Shown: positions 35,249-47,425 of the stretch, piece after piece
How the letters are laid out: every line of letters starts with the position of its first letter
How positions within the stretch are numbered: the stretch's first letter is position 1
NCBI GenBank assembly: GCA_025558095.1
Contig: JAIVFI010000029.1
Coordinates: 372,001 to 436,000 of the forward strand
Origin: Hyaloraphidium curvatum SAG 235-1
Lineage: Eukaryota; Fungi; Monoblepharomycota
Length of the DNA stretch: 64,000 nucleotides
Direction of reading: 5' to 3'
Program-made: the position numbers and the translations under genes
Notes under the pieces: generated by a model
The model's database searches: none
What the model was told of the DNA's origin: nothing
The model's input: only the letters and a program-made list of their open reading frames with translations

Positions 35249-36360
35249 CTAAACAGAGTTGGCCTTGATGTCCGCGGCCCGGAACCTATGCCTGATGAGC
35301 TGGTTCTTCACTTTCACGAGGTCGATCGCGCTGTTCTCCGCGAGGACCTCGACCGCCCTGTTGCTGCCGTCCCTGAAAGTAATGATCCAGAAACCGTTGA
35401 AGCGATGGATCTCAAAAGGTACCGATGTCGTCGCTATGAGGAAGAGTCAAGGCCAATCGCGATGCGAGATCAAGAAACTTACATGCGACCACGCGGCTCT
35501 GCCGGTCGAGGACGGAGAGAACGCCTAGCTTGGACAGAACGAGCGTTGCACCGTCGTCGACCTTGCTTCCTGAAATCCATGCAGTTGCGGTGCTGGTGAA
35601 CCGTTAGCACGAAAAGGTGGTCGAAGTCGAAGCAACCGTATACCCACAACTGGAACGCAGGAACGTTGTGCGATGCTTGGGTTTGCGTGAAGGAAGAGCC
35701 GGGCGGCATGGCAGTCTGCATTTCTTGGTCGCGCGCAAAGTTCGCGCCGTTGGTCTCCACTTGTGCGTACGCGAACTGCTGGTTGGTGTACTGAGGGACG
35801 TACCCTTGCTGCTGGTACTGAGGAGCTTGGTGATGAGCTTGCGCGAGGTACGGAACCGGGCTGTTGCCGAGCTGTCAATGGAAAGGGGTGACTTCAGCGA
35901 ATGAGCGAACAGGCAACCGCGCACCGGCACTTACACCGATCGGAGAAGAAAGGCCGGGCATCGAAAGGTTGTACGCCGAGGGAGCCGGAGTGGGAAGGGT
36001 CGGATGCCCCGCGTTTTGCGGTATGCCGAACCTGGTAGGAGACGTGCTGCTCACCGGCAATGAGCGCCCGCTGGGGGCGAGATGAAGCGTCCCAAACCTT
36101 TGTTGCGGGTACAGAGACTGAGAAGCAATGGCGGGAAAGAGAGGCGGCTTGGTGGTGTTGGCGAGGTAGCCAGTGGGTGCGACGAGCGGGGGGAGGGCAG
36201 CGGCGTTCATCGGCGCGGAGTGCGCGGACGGGTGGCCGCGCGCGCCAGCGGACGACGCCGGGCCGAGGAGCGCTGGGGTCGAGTTGGCGCGCTGCCACGG
36301 CCGCGCGGTGTCCTCGTCCATTGATGTCCGTTCCCACGGGCGCGCCGTGTCCTCGTCCAT
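35249..36360 (-). CDS. Hypothetical protein: Pro/Gln-rich N-terminus and putative PH-like domain (3 introns)
   Basis: Clean GT..AG splicing gives ...FQFTATAWISGSKVDDGATLVLSKLGVLSVLD...FWIITFRDGSNRAVEVLAENSAIDLVKVKNQLIRH (beta strands then a helix). Confidence 0.55.
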
Positions 36361-37003
36361 GGCCCTGCCTGGGGAGGGGTGTGAATTCAGGGCAGCATCG
36401 CGCGCGCGGGCGCCGCTCCCGCACCTTCCAAGTCCAGACGCCGCGCGCTGGCGTGCTTTGGCCCTTCTCAACCTCCGTCAGCGCCGTGGCAGAGAGCGCG
36501 CGTCGACGCGAGGGTGGTGCGCGGGAGCCGAGGACGCGGTGTTGGGGCCGGCACGTGATGATGCCGCCCGCCCAACAGCCTCCCATCCCTCGTCCGACCG
36601 CGCATCGCTCCCCATCATCCCCAAAGAGGCGCGAATCCGAACGCGGCGTCGGTCATCGACGCGTCGTTCCCAATCCCTCCCCGCTTCAAATCTCGGCAAA
36701 CGCGCCAAGGTGCCGCGGTCTTTGGGAACCGCCTCATCGTTCTCTGCCGGAGAACCCCGCCGATTACGATCGGAGAGTTCCACGCGAGACGGAGCTTCCG
36801 CGGAGCGACTTTTGAGACGGCGCGGCGGTCTAGTATAGAGGGCCTTGCCGCCCGCCCGCGAACTGCTTGGGGCCCTCCGCTGGAACCCCTCGCCCGGCTC
36901 TACGGCATTTCAACATTGCGGCGAGCATACGTCTCATTCCTCTGGACGCCCCGCTCTTCCTCCGCCGGCACCTCGCGCTCCGAAACTTGAAAGACCCTGA
37001 AAC

Positions 37004-37720
37004 ATGGAGACCCTCATCGACGGGATCCGCGCCGACCCCTCCAGGAAGGCGCTGATCGTGATCGACGTCCAGAACGACTTCCTCCCCGGCGGCCCGATGG
37101 CCGTCCCCGACGGCGACGCCGTGATCCCGGCGGTCCACGCGCTCCTCGAGGACGCTTCGCTGTGGGACGGTGGCGTCTTCGCCTCGCAGGACTGGCACCC
37201 CGCGGACCACGTCTCCTTCTACGACAACAACGAGGGCGCGGTGCCGTTCACGCCCAGGGAGATCGAGGGCATCGGGGAGCAGATGATGTGGACGCGGCAC
37301 TGCGTCCAGGGTTCCAAGGGCGCGGAGCTCGCGGAGGCGCTGAAGCTTCCAAAGGACACGGTGGTGGTGCTCAAGGGGAAGCACCCGAGGGTCGACTCGT
37401 ACTCGGCATTCGGCGACGGGAAGGACAAGACGCTGGAAAAGACGGAGCTCGAGGAGCTGCTGCAGAAGCGAGGCGTCGAGCACCTCTACGTCTGCGGGCT
37501 CGCCACGGACTACTGCGTTGCCTTCACCGGTGGGTGCCATCGGCGTTATCACCTCGGAACGCTGACCGATCGCGGTCCGGACGATGACGCAGCCAAGGAC
37601 GCCGTCAAATCGGGTTTGAAGGCTTCCGTCATCCTGCCGGCGTCTCGGGGGATCGCACAGGATACGATCGACTCGGCACTCGAGGAGATGAAGGGCATGG
37701 GGATCGCGCTGCTGGCTTAA
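37004..37720 (+). CDS. PNC1: Nicotinamidase/pyrazinamidase
   Basis: ALIVIDVQNDFLPGG, SQDWHP..HVSF, WTRHCVQGSKGAEL, KG..DSYSAF, CGLATDYCV; one intron. Confidence 0.93.
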   Translation: METLIDGIRADPSRKALIVIDVQNDFLPGGPMAVPDGDAVIPAVHALLEDASLWDGGVFASQDWHPADHVSFYDNNEGAVPFTPREIEGIGEQMMWTRHCVQGSKGAELAEALKLPKDTVVVLKGKHPRVDSYSAFGDGKDKTLEKTELEELLQKRGVEHLYVCGLATDYCVAFTGGCHRRYHLGTLTDRGPDDDAAKDAVKSGLKASVILPASRGIAQDTIDSALEEMKGMGIALLA

Positions 37721-38025
37721 CGGTGCTCGCGATCTTGTTTCACTCGGCGGTGCCAATGTGGCGACGAATGGCGGATGGACCCCCCTGCTAGCTATTCTAT
37801 CTTTGTATTTATTGTTCCGTATCTCCAATTGATCTTTTTGGCCTTGAGCTTGAGCAGCTGCTGGCTTTGCCCCGCATTTGCCGCTTGGGCGCGGACTTCC
37901 GCTCCCGCGCGCGCCACCGACGCCGCTGAAGCTCCACCGGCGCAGACTTCCGCTCCGCCGTCACTGGCCGTCGCAGCGTACCGCCGCGTCCCAAACAGAC
38001 CCAAAGCTCCAACACTCCCGACACA

Positions 38026-39716
38026 ATGAGCGCCGCCGGCGTCGTCATCAAAGGCGACCCTTATCCCGACGTGCTCACGCCGGAGGCCGTCGCCTTTGTC
38101 GCAGGCCTGGAGCGCAAGTTCGGCCCGGCCTGCAGGAAGCTCCTCGAGGACCGGGTGGAGAGGCAGAAGAAGATTGACGCGGGAGAGCTGATGCTCGGAT
38201 TCCTCCCGGAGACGAAGCACATCCGCGACGGCGATTGGAAGGTCGCCCCTCCGTCTCCGGGGCTGCTCAACCGCCGGGTGGAGATTACCGGGCCGACAGA
38301 CGCGAAAATGTCGATCAATGCCCTCAATTCTGGGGCCAGCGGCTGGATGTCGGACTTCGAGGACTCGAACACGCCGACCTGGGCCAATCTCTGCGTCGGG
38401 CAGCGCAACCTCATGGCCGCCGTTCGCCGGACCTTGACGTTCGACGCTCCGGACGGCAAGGAGTACCGTCTCAAAGAGCAGACCGCGACGTTGCTCAACA
38501 GGCCGCGGGGCCTGCACCTCCCCGAGAAGCACTTTGTCGTGGACGGCACCCCCATGGTCGGCGCGCTCTTCGATTTCGGCGTTTTCTGCTTCCACAACGC
38601 CAAGCTCCTCTCGGACCAGGGCAAGGGGCCCTTCTTCTACCTTCCGAAGCTGGAGTCGCACCATGAGAGCGGATGGTGGGACTCGGTGCTCAGCTACACT
38701 GAAGAAGCCCTCGGCATCCCGCACGGGACGATGAAGGCGACCGTGCTCCTCGAAACCTTCCCCGCCGCGTTCGAGATGGACGAGATCCTCTACTCGATGC
38801 GCGACCACTCGCCGTCGCTCAACGCGGGCAGATGGGACTATCTGTTCTCCGCAATAAAAACCTTCAAACACCGCAAGGAGTTCCTCCTGCCCGACCGGAA
38901 CAGCGTCACCATGGTCGTGCCCTTCATGAAAGCCTACACGGAGCTCCTGGTCAAGACGTGCCACAAGAGGGGCGCCCACGCCATGGGCGGGATGGCCGCG
39001 GTGAGCATCCGACGTCGCGGGACGTTCTGTGAAGGCACTGACTTCGATTACAGTTCATTCCGAGCCGGAGGGACCAGGAACTGAACAAGGTGGCCATGGC
39101 TCGCATCCACGCCGACAAGAAGCGCGAGGCCGAGGCGGGCTACGACGGCACCTGTAAGTCGGGTAATGTTGAGTTACGGACGCCTAGTTGACCTGTCTTC
39201 GCAGGGGTCGCCCATCCCGACCTCGTGCCGATCGCCATGGAAGAGTTTAACAAGGTCCTGGGCACGAAGGACCACCAGATCGACCGCCAGCGCGACGACG
39301 TGCACGTCACGGCCGAGGAGCTCCTGGACTTTAGCTCTGCGGGCACATCGTACACCGAGGCGGGCCTCCGGAACAGCATCAATGTGACGATCCAATACCT
39401 CTCGAGCTGGCTTCGGGGGAACGGAGCGGCGGCTATCTTCAATCTGATGGAAGATGTCGCTACCGCGGAGATATCGCGAAGTCAAGTGTGGCACTGGATT
39501 CGGCACGGTGTCGTCCTTGAGAACGGGAAGACGGTGACAGCCGAGTATGTCAAAGAGTTGAGGGAGGAGGAGCTGGCGTCGATCCGCAAGCACGTTGGCG
39601 AGGAGTTCTGGGCCAAGAGCAGGGTGGAGGATGCCTTGGCAATCTTCGACAAGATCTGCCTGGCGCCGGAATTCGTTGACTTTTTGACCATTCCAGCCTA
39701 CGACTACATCAACTGA
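38026..39716 (+). CDS. Malate synthase A
   Basis: RRVEITGP, SDFEDS, RPRG, FDFG, YLPKLE, LNAGRWDY, GGMAA, LMEDVATAEISRSQVWHW; two introns. Confidence 0.96.
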
Positions 39717-39803
39717 GTGGACCGGAGCCAATCGTATGGAAGACATTTGAAACGAGCTGTGCTAGCAACGAAATCATAGAACAGTAGACCGCCCAAAAGC
39801 ACG

Positions 39804-41998
39804 TCATTTCTTCCTCGCTCTGCTGCGCTTCGGGGACGCGCCGACCTCCAGCCCCGCGCCTGCAAGCTCGGGCCTCTCCTCCACCTGTTTGCCGACTTCG
39901 AGCGCCACCATCAGATCCCGCACCGTTTCCCTCAGCTCCCCGAGCTCCGTGTCCTTTGCCGCAACCTCCGTCTTGAGCTTCGCAAGGCCCTCGCGAAGAT
40001 TCGCCGCCATGGCCTTTTCCTCCTCCAAAGACGTTTGCGCTTCGCGGAGCCTCACGGTGGATTGCTCCAGCACCTTCCGCATGCCCTGGCGGTCCCGCTC
40101 GGCGCCATCGAGCTTCTTCTTTGTTTCCTCGAGCTCCGACGCCAGTCGGTTCCGGTCCGTTTTGGTCGTTTCGAGGTCCTCACGCACGCTCAGCAGCCCG
40201 GCTTCCCATCGCTCTTCCGCCTCGCGCAGCTTCCCTTCGAAGTACCTCCTCTGCGATTCCATCTCCCTGGCCACGGAATGAGCCCATTCGAGACCCAGCG
40301 CGTCAACTTTCTCCCTCGCCACGAGGTCGGAAGGTCGGTCGGCGCCACCATCCGGCGGTGGCCGGTCAAGCGAGTACTCCAGCAGAGGATCCGAAGGCGA
40401 GGGAATGGGAACGACTGAGCCATCCTTGTCTCGCACGAGTCGGTGGACGTAACCGTCTCCACGGTAGTCCCTGCAAACGCGGCATGGAAGTCAAAACAAT
40501 GTCCAAGCAGGACCAGCACAAAGCGAGCCTACCATACTCTTCCCTCGCCGATCTCCAGAGCAAACCGGTGCGACGTAGACTCGTGATGCCGTTGCGCACA
40601 GCCGTTCACATAGCGACCGCAACCGACGTGTCCGCAAATCAGGCAGATCCAGAGGTCCCGAGACGCACCGCAGTCGCACTGCTGCGGATCCGGGTCGTCC
40701 GAGGGATGCGTGGGATGGCGACAAACCGGGCATCGAGGGACGGGTGCAAGGCAGGGAGGGTGGAAGGTGTGGAGGCAGAGGGTAGTAAGGAGACCTGACG
40801 TCGGCGGGTCGAGGCGGTCGAGGCACTGATGGCGCAGACTTTAGATTTCATCACGCCACGGATCGACCGCAACGCTTACCACAGGGCACGTGGGCAGTTC
40901 CACACCGTTTCCCTGGTCCAGGCGAAACAGCTTCTCGACCGGTTCGAGCCGCACATTGTCCGCGTTCTTCCTCTCCACAAACATAACCCCGGCCAGCCTC
41001 ACGACGTTCCAGTTTCCACCTCCGGTCCATCTCTTTCCCTCGGCGCGCTTTTTGAACTCTTCCAAAGCACCCTCGCTCTTGAAGCGCAGCACGCAGGTGT
41101 ACCGGGACGGTTGCGAGTCGCGAATGAGGCGAATATGGGTGATCCCTCTGGGATTCGGAAGCAAAGCCAGCAAATCGCCCGCAGAGACGTAGGAAGGGAT
41201 AGCTAAAAGAGCCAGAGCGTGTTCCTCGGGTCCAGGAGGTCCGGTCGGGACGGGCATCGAGTCCGGCAGCGACGGCGGCGTGTTTCGGAAGAGATGGAGA
41301 ACGCCATGGGCGTAACGGAGGGTTCCAGAAACATAAGGAGCAAAATGAGAGCCGGTCGGAGGTTCTTCTCGACGCGAAAGATGGGCCGGAGCCGGGAGAG
41401 GGGGGAACTCGTCCTGCGGGTCAGGTTCGGGCGACGCCGACGAGTCCGCCCTGCGATGAGACCGCACTGTTTGCCATTGTTCCGCAGGAACAGGAACAGC
41501 GGTAGACTCGGGACTGTCCATGACTGGCTGGTTTGAAGGTCCGGTTCCCAGATCTCCAAAGTCGAACCAGTTGACTTCAACGGGTCCGAAGCGCCAGTCC
41601 TGGGCAACGTTCTCCCTCAGTGCTTCGTCCGATTGATAGGATTCACGATCCTCGTTCGGTTGAATCTGCTCGAGAGCGCCGTCTGACGGCGCGAGTGCAC
41701 CACCGGGCAACCTTTCGAAGAGCGAAGTCCGTGCCCCGGCTTTCGAGGGCTCGAGCGAGGTCCCAGACGCCGGATCAGGCGGTAAAGGTGTAGACGGCGG
41801 CGAAGGTGGCCGAAAATCCTCCTCCGGCTGCGGTTGTTCGTGCGCGTGACCGTCGGGAGCCGAGGGCACGAACTCGGCCGCGTCGGGATTCAGGCGCGGT
41901 CTCGGGAGCGCCGCTTTCCCGGTGTTCGACGGCGTATCCGAAAGCTCGGTTGCTTTTGCGCTGAAAAGCTCCAGCACTATGGTATAGACACCGCTCAT
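39804..41998 (-). CDS. ETP1: BRAP2/ETP1 RING + ZnF-UBP E3 ligase
   Basis: BRAP2 region (LAIPSYV..HIRLIRD), ELPTCPV|CLDRLD..C.HTFH..C..CPVC, LWICLICGHVGCGRY, C-terminal coiled coil (ESQRRYFE). Confidence 0.88.
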
Positions 41999-42138
41999 GG
42001 CATCTTGGACTCTTGAAGCGGTGACTGCGCGGTACGTAATCACCTCCCTGCTTTCCTGTTCGAGCGAAGATCACCCGAAGGAGAGAAGAAGGAATGTCTA
42101 TTTGCCGACGAAGAGCCAAGATAGTAGCTAGCTGCATC

Positions 42139-43526
42139 CTACGGCTTCTTGATGCCCACGATCATCTTGCCCTGGTTGCCTCCGCGGAGCAGATCTGCGA
42201 AAGTGTCGCCTGCCTGTTGCCGAGGAAGACGACCCATTCAGCCGGGCACCAACTCAACCATGCAACCCATGTCCACCTTGTCGATGCCCCAGCGGATGTC
42301 CTCGCGGTACTTGATCTCGCCGTTCCTGATCCACTGCGTCATGTCGCGAGCAAAGTCGGCCCCACATTCCTTGCGGTGGTCCGAGACGATGAAACCCTTG
42401 ATGGCAAGGCGCTTCGTGAGCACACGGTGCTGCACGAGTGAGATGGCAACGTGATTAGCTCGTCTCCAGGCCGAAGCCAGTCAGAAGACGCACAAAGTTC
42501 TTCGGCCCGCGCCAGGCAGGGCCTTCAGACGAGTAGACATCGTCGTACTGCGAAATGAGCCCGCAGACCGAAATCCGACCGTGGTTGTTCAGGACCTCCA
42601 TGGCTGCCTCCAATGTCTCCCCGCCGACGTTCTCTGGATGGTCCAAAAGACAGTCATTGGGCGCTAAGTATGGAACTGCACGAGAGCGCACCAAAGTAGA
42701 AATCAATCCCGTTGGGGCAAAGCTGGGCCAGTGCCGCTTCGATCGAGCCTCCGGGAGGATTCTTGTAGTTGAATGCTGCTGAAGATAATGAGCAGTAACA
42801 CAGGGGATTGTTCGGGCTGGAACCAACCTGCGTCGTATCCGCATTCCTTCAGGATGAAGTCGATTTTCTCGTCGCTGCCGGCCGATCCGACAACTCTGCA
42901 TCCCCGGCGCTTGGCAATCTGCCCGCAAATCTGGCCAACCGCTCCTGCAGCCCCGGAAATGAAAACCGTCTCTCCTTCCGCTGGCGGCGCGAGCTCCCTC
43001 AGCCGCAGCAGCCCAACGTACGCCGTCTCTGAGGGCATGCCCAGCGCTCCGAGGTAGTAGCTGAGCGGCACGCCCGGGATCTCCTCCACTTTGCGGAACC
43101 CGGCAGCGGGCGCGATCGTGTACTCCTCCCAACCGATGCTTCCCTGCACAACGTCACCCGCTTTAAAGCTGGGGGAGGAGGACTGGAGCACGCGCGAGAC
43201 GCCGCCTCCTTGGAGCACTGTGTTGAGTTCGAAGGGTACGAAGTAGGACTTGGCTTCGGCCGACCTCATTCGCAGCCGCTGCCAGGGGACAACGAATCAG
43301 AGAGGTTCCCGACAACCGCCGCCGAGAACACGCTCACCATGTACGGATCGACGCTCAAGTACAGGTTTTCGAGCAGCAGGCTCTCTTCGGGCAGCGGCTT
43401 CGTGGTGTCGATTGTCTCCCGGCGGACGTCAAATGTCGAAGGCCCGGGGTTCCCCTTCGGGATTTCCACGTAGTAGACGCGCGTGTTCGGCAGCGATGCC
43501 GATCCGGAACTGTCCGATGAGGCCAT
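42139..43526 (-). CDS. NADP-dependent alkenal/one oxidoreductase (PTGR1/CurA-like MDR)
   Basis: LYLSVDPYM, YLGALGMP..TAYVGL, VFISGAAGAVGQ, VVGSAGSDEK, ENVGG, ISVCGLISQY. Confidence 0.92.
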
Positions 43527-43693
43527 TTTGGGTGGAACGTGGCGCGAACGCGTTCGGTGCGATGGTTCCGTGTTGGATGTTTGGTCGCCCGATCGCGGAG
43601 CAGCTCCCTGAAGCATAGTTCGAATCGTCGGCTTTTGACAACTACAGAAACATCGACGTATCAACGGTTAACACTATCTCACTCCACGGTTCT

Positions 43694-44966
43694 TCAATCC
43701 GCCAGCACCCAGGGGTTCGCCTTGAGCCACGCGTCGCGGTCTTTGAACCCCGTCTCGCTGCCCTTCTCGATCTTGACCCGGATCCAGTCCTTGGCCGTCG
43801 GCCACTCCTCGTTCTCCTCGCGTTGGATCAGCGTGTTCCCCGATGGGCCCGAAGGGATCGAGCGGGGAACGGGGGAGAGCCGCTGCGAGTCCTCCGGCCG
43901 GGTAAAGAATACCACCGAATACCGGGTCTCCATCTCCTGGGGCGGCGGCGGCCGGACGACGCGGTGAAGCGTTGATTTCAAGTACCCATCGGTCCACTGC
44001 GAAGGAATGGAGGTCAGATGGGCAAGTGCAACGAAAAAGCTGCATCAGGCAACTTACGAAGCTGATTGCGTCGCCGAGGTTGATGATGATCGAACCATGC
44101 TCGAGCGGCTTGACGTACTCGAAGCGTGCGACACCGTCGTCGCCGGTTCGCCACACCTGCAGGCCCCCGACCGGCTGGCTGTACACGAGCGTGATCGAGC
44201 CGTGGTCCGTGTGCCCGCCCATCCGGATCTGCGTTCCCGCCGCTTCTTCCTCTGCGGCCGTGCGGGGAGGATACCTGGAGACGATCACAAGCTCAGGGGA
44301 CAGCAGACCAAGGCAAAAGGCCAATGCCCACCTCAGCCATCGGATGTGGTCGCCGCTCGGCTCCGAGTAGCGGTGGCGACGTTCGAAATACTCCAAACCG
44401 CCCTCGCTTTCCGGGATTCCGAAGTTGAACGCAAACACCCGAAGCAGCTGACGTGCGATGGCGTGCGAGCGCACGGAAAAGTCCTTGACGTATTCCCTCA
44501 CGGTCCGGAACAGCGGCAGGTCCCGCGCCCATTCCTCGTCGGGGTTCTCGTCGGGCAGATCAAAGAAGGGGAACCACTTTTCCGGCCACGTGGCGTCCGT
44601 GAACTTTGGGATATTCAAGCGCTCGTGGCCGTCCTTTTTCTTGGTCAGCGGGTGGACCTCCTGCTGTCCGATAGCTTTGTAGCCCATGTAATCGGGAATC
44701 GACAGCTTCTCGTCCTCGGGGACCTCGCGGAAGAAGCGCGCGGCGAGGCCGAAGTGCTTCTTGATCTCGGCGGCCGAAATCGGCGGGTTCTCGAGCACGA
44801 AGAAGCCGATGGTCGTCGTGGCCTTGTCGACCTGCTCGGCGAAGGCGCGGAAGTCGGCGGGATCGCCCGAGGCGAGCAGACGGTAGTCGATCCTGGCCAA
44901 CGGCGCCCAACGCGGTTCCGCGGGCTCGGAGGACGACGAGGGCTCCGAAGACGACGCGTCGGGCAT
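43694..44966 (-). CDS. 2-oxoglutarate/Fe(II) dioxygenase (DIOX_N/IPNS-like)
   Basis: IGFFVLEN, RYPP, GHTDHGSITL..SQPVGGLQV, INLGD, STLHRV, RYSVVFF. Confidence 0.9.
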
Positions 44967-45429
44967 TGTGGCGGCGTTTGGAGAGTCCGTCCGTATCGGC
45001 CAGCAACTCGAAGGAGCGCCCGCGCAAGTCGACCGCAACGTTCTCCGGCCAGTCCAACTGAGCTGCAAGAGAGCACGGTGTATCGCCGCGCACGCTCAGC
45101 ACCGGCTGTTGGGGCGCAAGGGACTGATCGAATGTGGGTTTGGGTTAGTTGAATAAAGCAAGGCTCGAAAGGCGCGAGTCGGACGAGGCAACACGTATCT
45201 TTGGAAGATTTAAACAGCACTTTACACGGTTGAAACGCGAAGTTAAAGTTTAGGCTCGTGAAGTGTTTGTTGAAAGAACGGAAAAGAAGTTGTGTACGCG
45301 TAGTTGTCGAATGAGATCAAGTAGTCTTGTTCTTCTTGGCAGCGCCCGTTGCGGTTTGGTTCGGCTTGCGCTTGCCCTTGCCCTTGACAGGCGTGGATGG
45401 AGGGCTCGGAAGAGTCTGACAGGTAGCAG

Positions 45430-46230
45430 TCAGCTGAAGTTCAGGCCCAAACGAATGAGACCGTACCTCAGCAGCGTGGTTAAATGATGTCTGGGCGACA
45501 GCTCGGCCAGGATGTCATCGCCAACCAGCTGAAGACAGACCTCGCGCGATAAGGGCAAATCAGAATCCGCTCCGCCAACGTGAGCACCTTGAGGCACTCT
45601 GGCTCCACGCCCCTCCAGAAGCCGTTCGAATATCCGAAAGGAGGGAGCAAGAAAGGATCGGAACTTTCGAGGGGAATTCGGCACTCGGGGCAAAGAGCCC
45701 AGCGTCCGTCCGCCTGGCGGCCCAGTGGCTCAATGAGCATGCCCATGATGAGCCCCTGCCGCTCCTCGTCGTTTGGGAAGTCCTGCAAGTACACCAGATC
45801 CGCCACAGACTGCGGGATCCGTAGCTTTCCGGTCGCCGACAGCCATTCCAGCGTCACGAACTCGGACTCGGTCCGATGGTGAAAGTGTCCGCAACAGACG
45901 CAGACGGCCTGGTTGATGGCGTCCGTCGACACGAGGTTCAGGTAGTCGCGCACGTGTACGCGCGCATCCGCGGCCGTCTGCGGGGGTGCCGGGAAGGTGG
46001 GCGCCCACGGCGTATCGAGGTCGAAGTTGTGCTGCACGTAGGCCTAAAGCTTCGCCAGAAACTCCGCATCGTACGCCGTCCGGCCCGGGAACTGGGCCTG
46101 TGCTTCCTGAACTCGTCGAGGAACGTGATCCAGGCGGCGCTGCAGGTTGTACGCATCGGCCGCTCCGACGGGTCTAGTGAGAGTGGCTGTATGCCTTGCG
46201 ACGTTAGTCGCATTTTTGAGTAGTAGTAGA
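45430..46230 (-). mobile_element. Decayed Helitron fragment (DUF6570-like region upstream of Rep)
   Basis: CVCC...LCPEC...PPFGYSNGFWRGVEPECLKVLTLAERILI; in-frame TAG at 46044-46046; no Rep or helicase follows. Confidence 0.7.
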
Positions 46231-46312
46231 AGTTTGGGAGACGCCGCTTCGCCACGGGGCAAGTTCGGATCCTTGATCTCTCTCCGTGGACATCGTCCCT
46301 GAAGCCGCATCG

Positions 46313-47403
46313 ATGGGCCGGCTTGACCATCTCCTCGACGAAAGGAGTCGCAGATACGTCGCGGCGGCAAAGGCGATTCGCGCGCCGCCGCTCGAAGACA
46401 TTGCCGCGCGGCGGGCAGCCAGTTCCGCGTTGTTCCGCGCGAAAGGACTGCCAGACTTGTCGGCGGTAGACTTGTCAGAGATCAAAGTAAAAGGCTACGC
46501 GGACACCGACCCCGACGTGGGCTTGCTGGTTCTTCGGCCCAAGGGTCTCCCAAAGGAAGGAAACCCCGCTATCCTCTTTGTCCACGGCGGCGGCAAGATG
46601 ATCACTGACGCTCGCGACTGGCTTGGGGTCGCTGCAGAATACGCTGTTGCAGTCGGTGGTGCGGTCGTCTTCTCGGTGGACTTTCGCAATGCGCCGGAGC
46701 ACCCGCATCCTTCCGCGATGCACGACTGCTTCGCGGGACTGAGGCACATAAGCGAAAACGCTCGATCACTGGGGATCGACAACACGCGCATCGCCATCTT
46801 TGGGCAATCTGGCGGCGGCGGGCTCACCGCCAGCACGGTCCTCATGGCCAAAAGAGAACGCCTCAGCCCGCCGCTTGTCGCGCAGTTTGCAATCTACCCC
46901 ATGATCGACGACCGGAACGAAACGCAGAGCAGCAAGGACGTCGTTGACTTCGGAGTATGGGATCGTGCGACAAACGTCCATGGTGGGAGACTCGCTGATC
47001 GACGAAGGTCGTGCCTGACGGCTCCACGAAGCCTGGAAATCCTACCTCGGCGGCAAGCCCGCCGACATCTACGCCGCTCCCGCCCGCGCCACCGTTCAGG
47101 ACCTGGAGGGCCTCCCATGGACTTACGTGGATGTGTCGGATCTCGACCTGTACCGGGATGAATCCATCGTATTCGCGGCGAAACTGCTCGAAGCAGGCGT
47201 CGGCGTTGAGCTTCATGTCTTCTCCGGCAGCATTCATGCTTGGGATGTGGGTTATCTGTCAGCCTCTTTGTCCGAGCTGGGTTCTCACTTGCATCGAACA
47301 GCTAGCTTTTCCAAATGCAGAAACAGCGATCGCCGTCAAGAAGCTTCGAGTGGACGCGCTCAAGCGGGTGCTCAAGATCGAAGCAGCGAAGGCAAAACTG
47401 TAA
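46313..47403 (+). CDS. Alpha/beta hydrolase (HSL/Abhydrolase_3 esterase), PTS1 AKL
   Basis: HGGG, VDFRNAPEHPHP, GQSGGG, YPMIDDR, DLYRDE, GSIHAWD; ends KAKL. Confidence 0.9.
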
Positions 47404-47425
47404 TTTGATTCTCACCAATAAGCGC

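Noticed and set aside
36295-36360. 39-bp duplication (MDEDTARPW x2) as a target-site duplication or regulatory repeat
   Set aside because: A simple in-frame tandem duplication at a gene start, with no element between the copies
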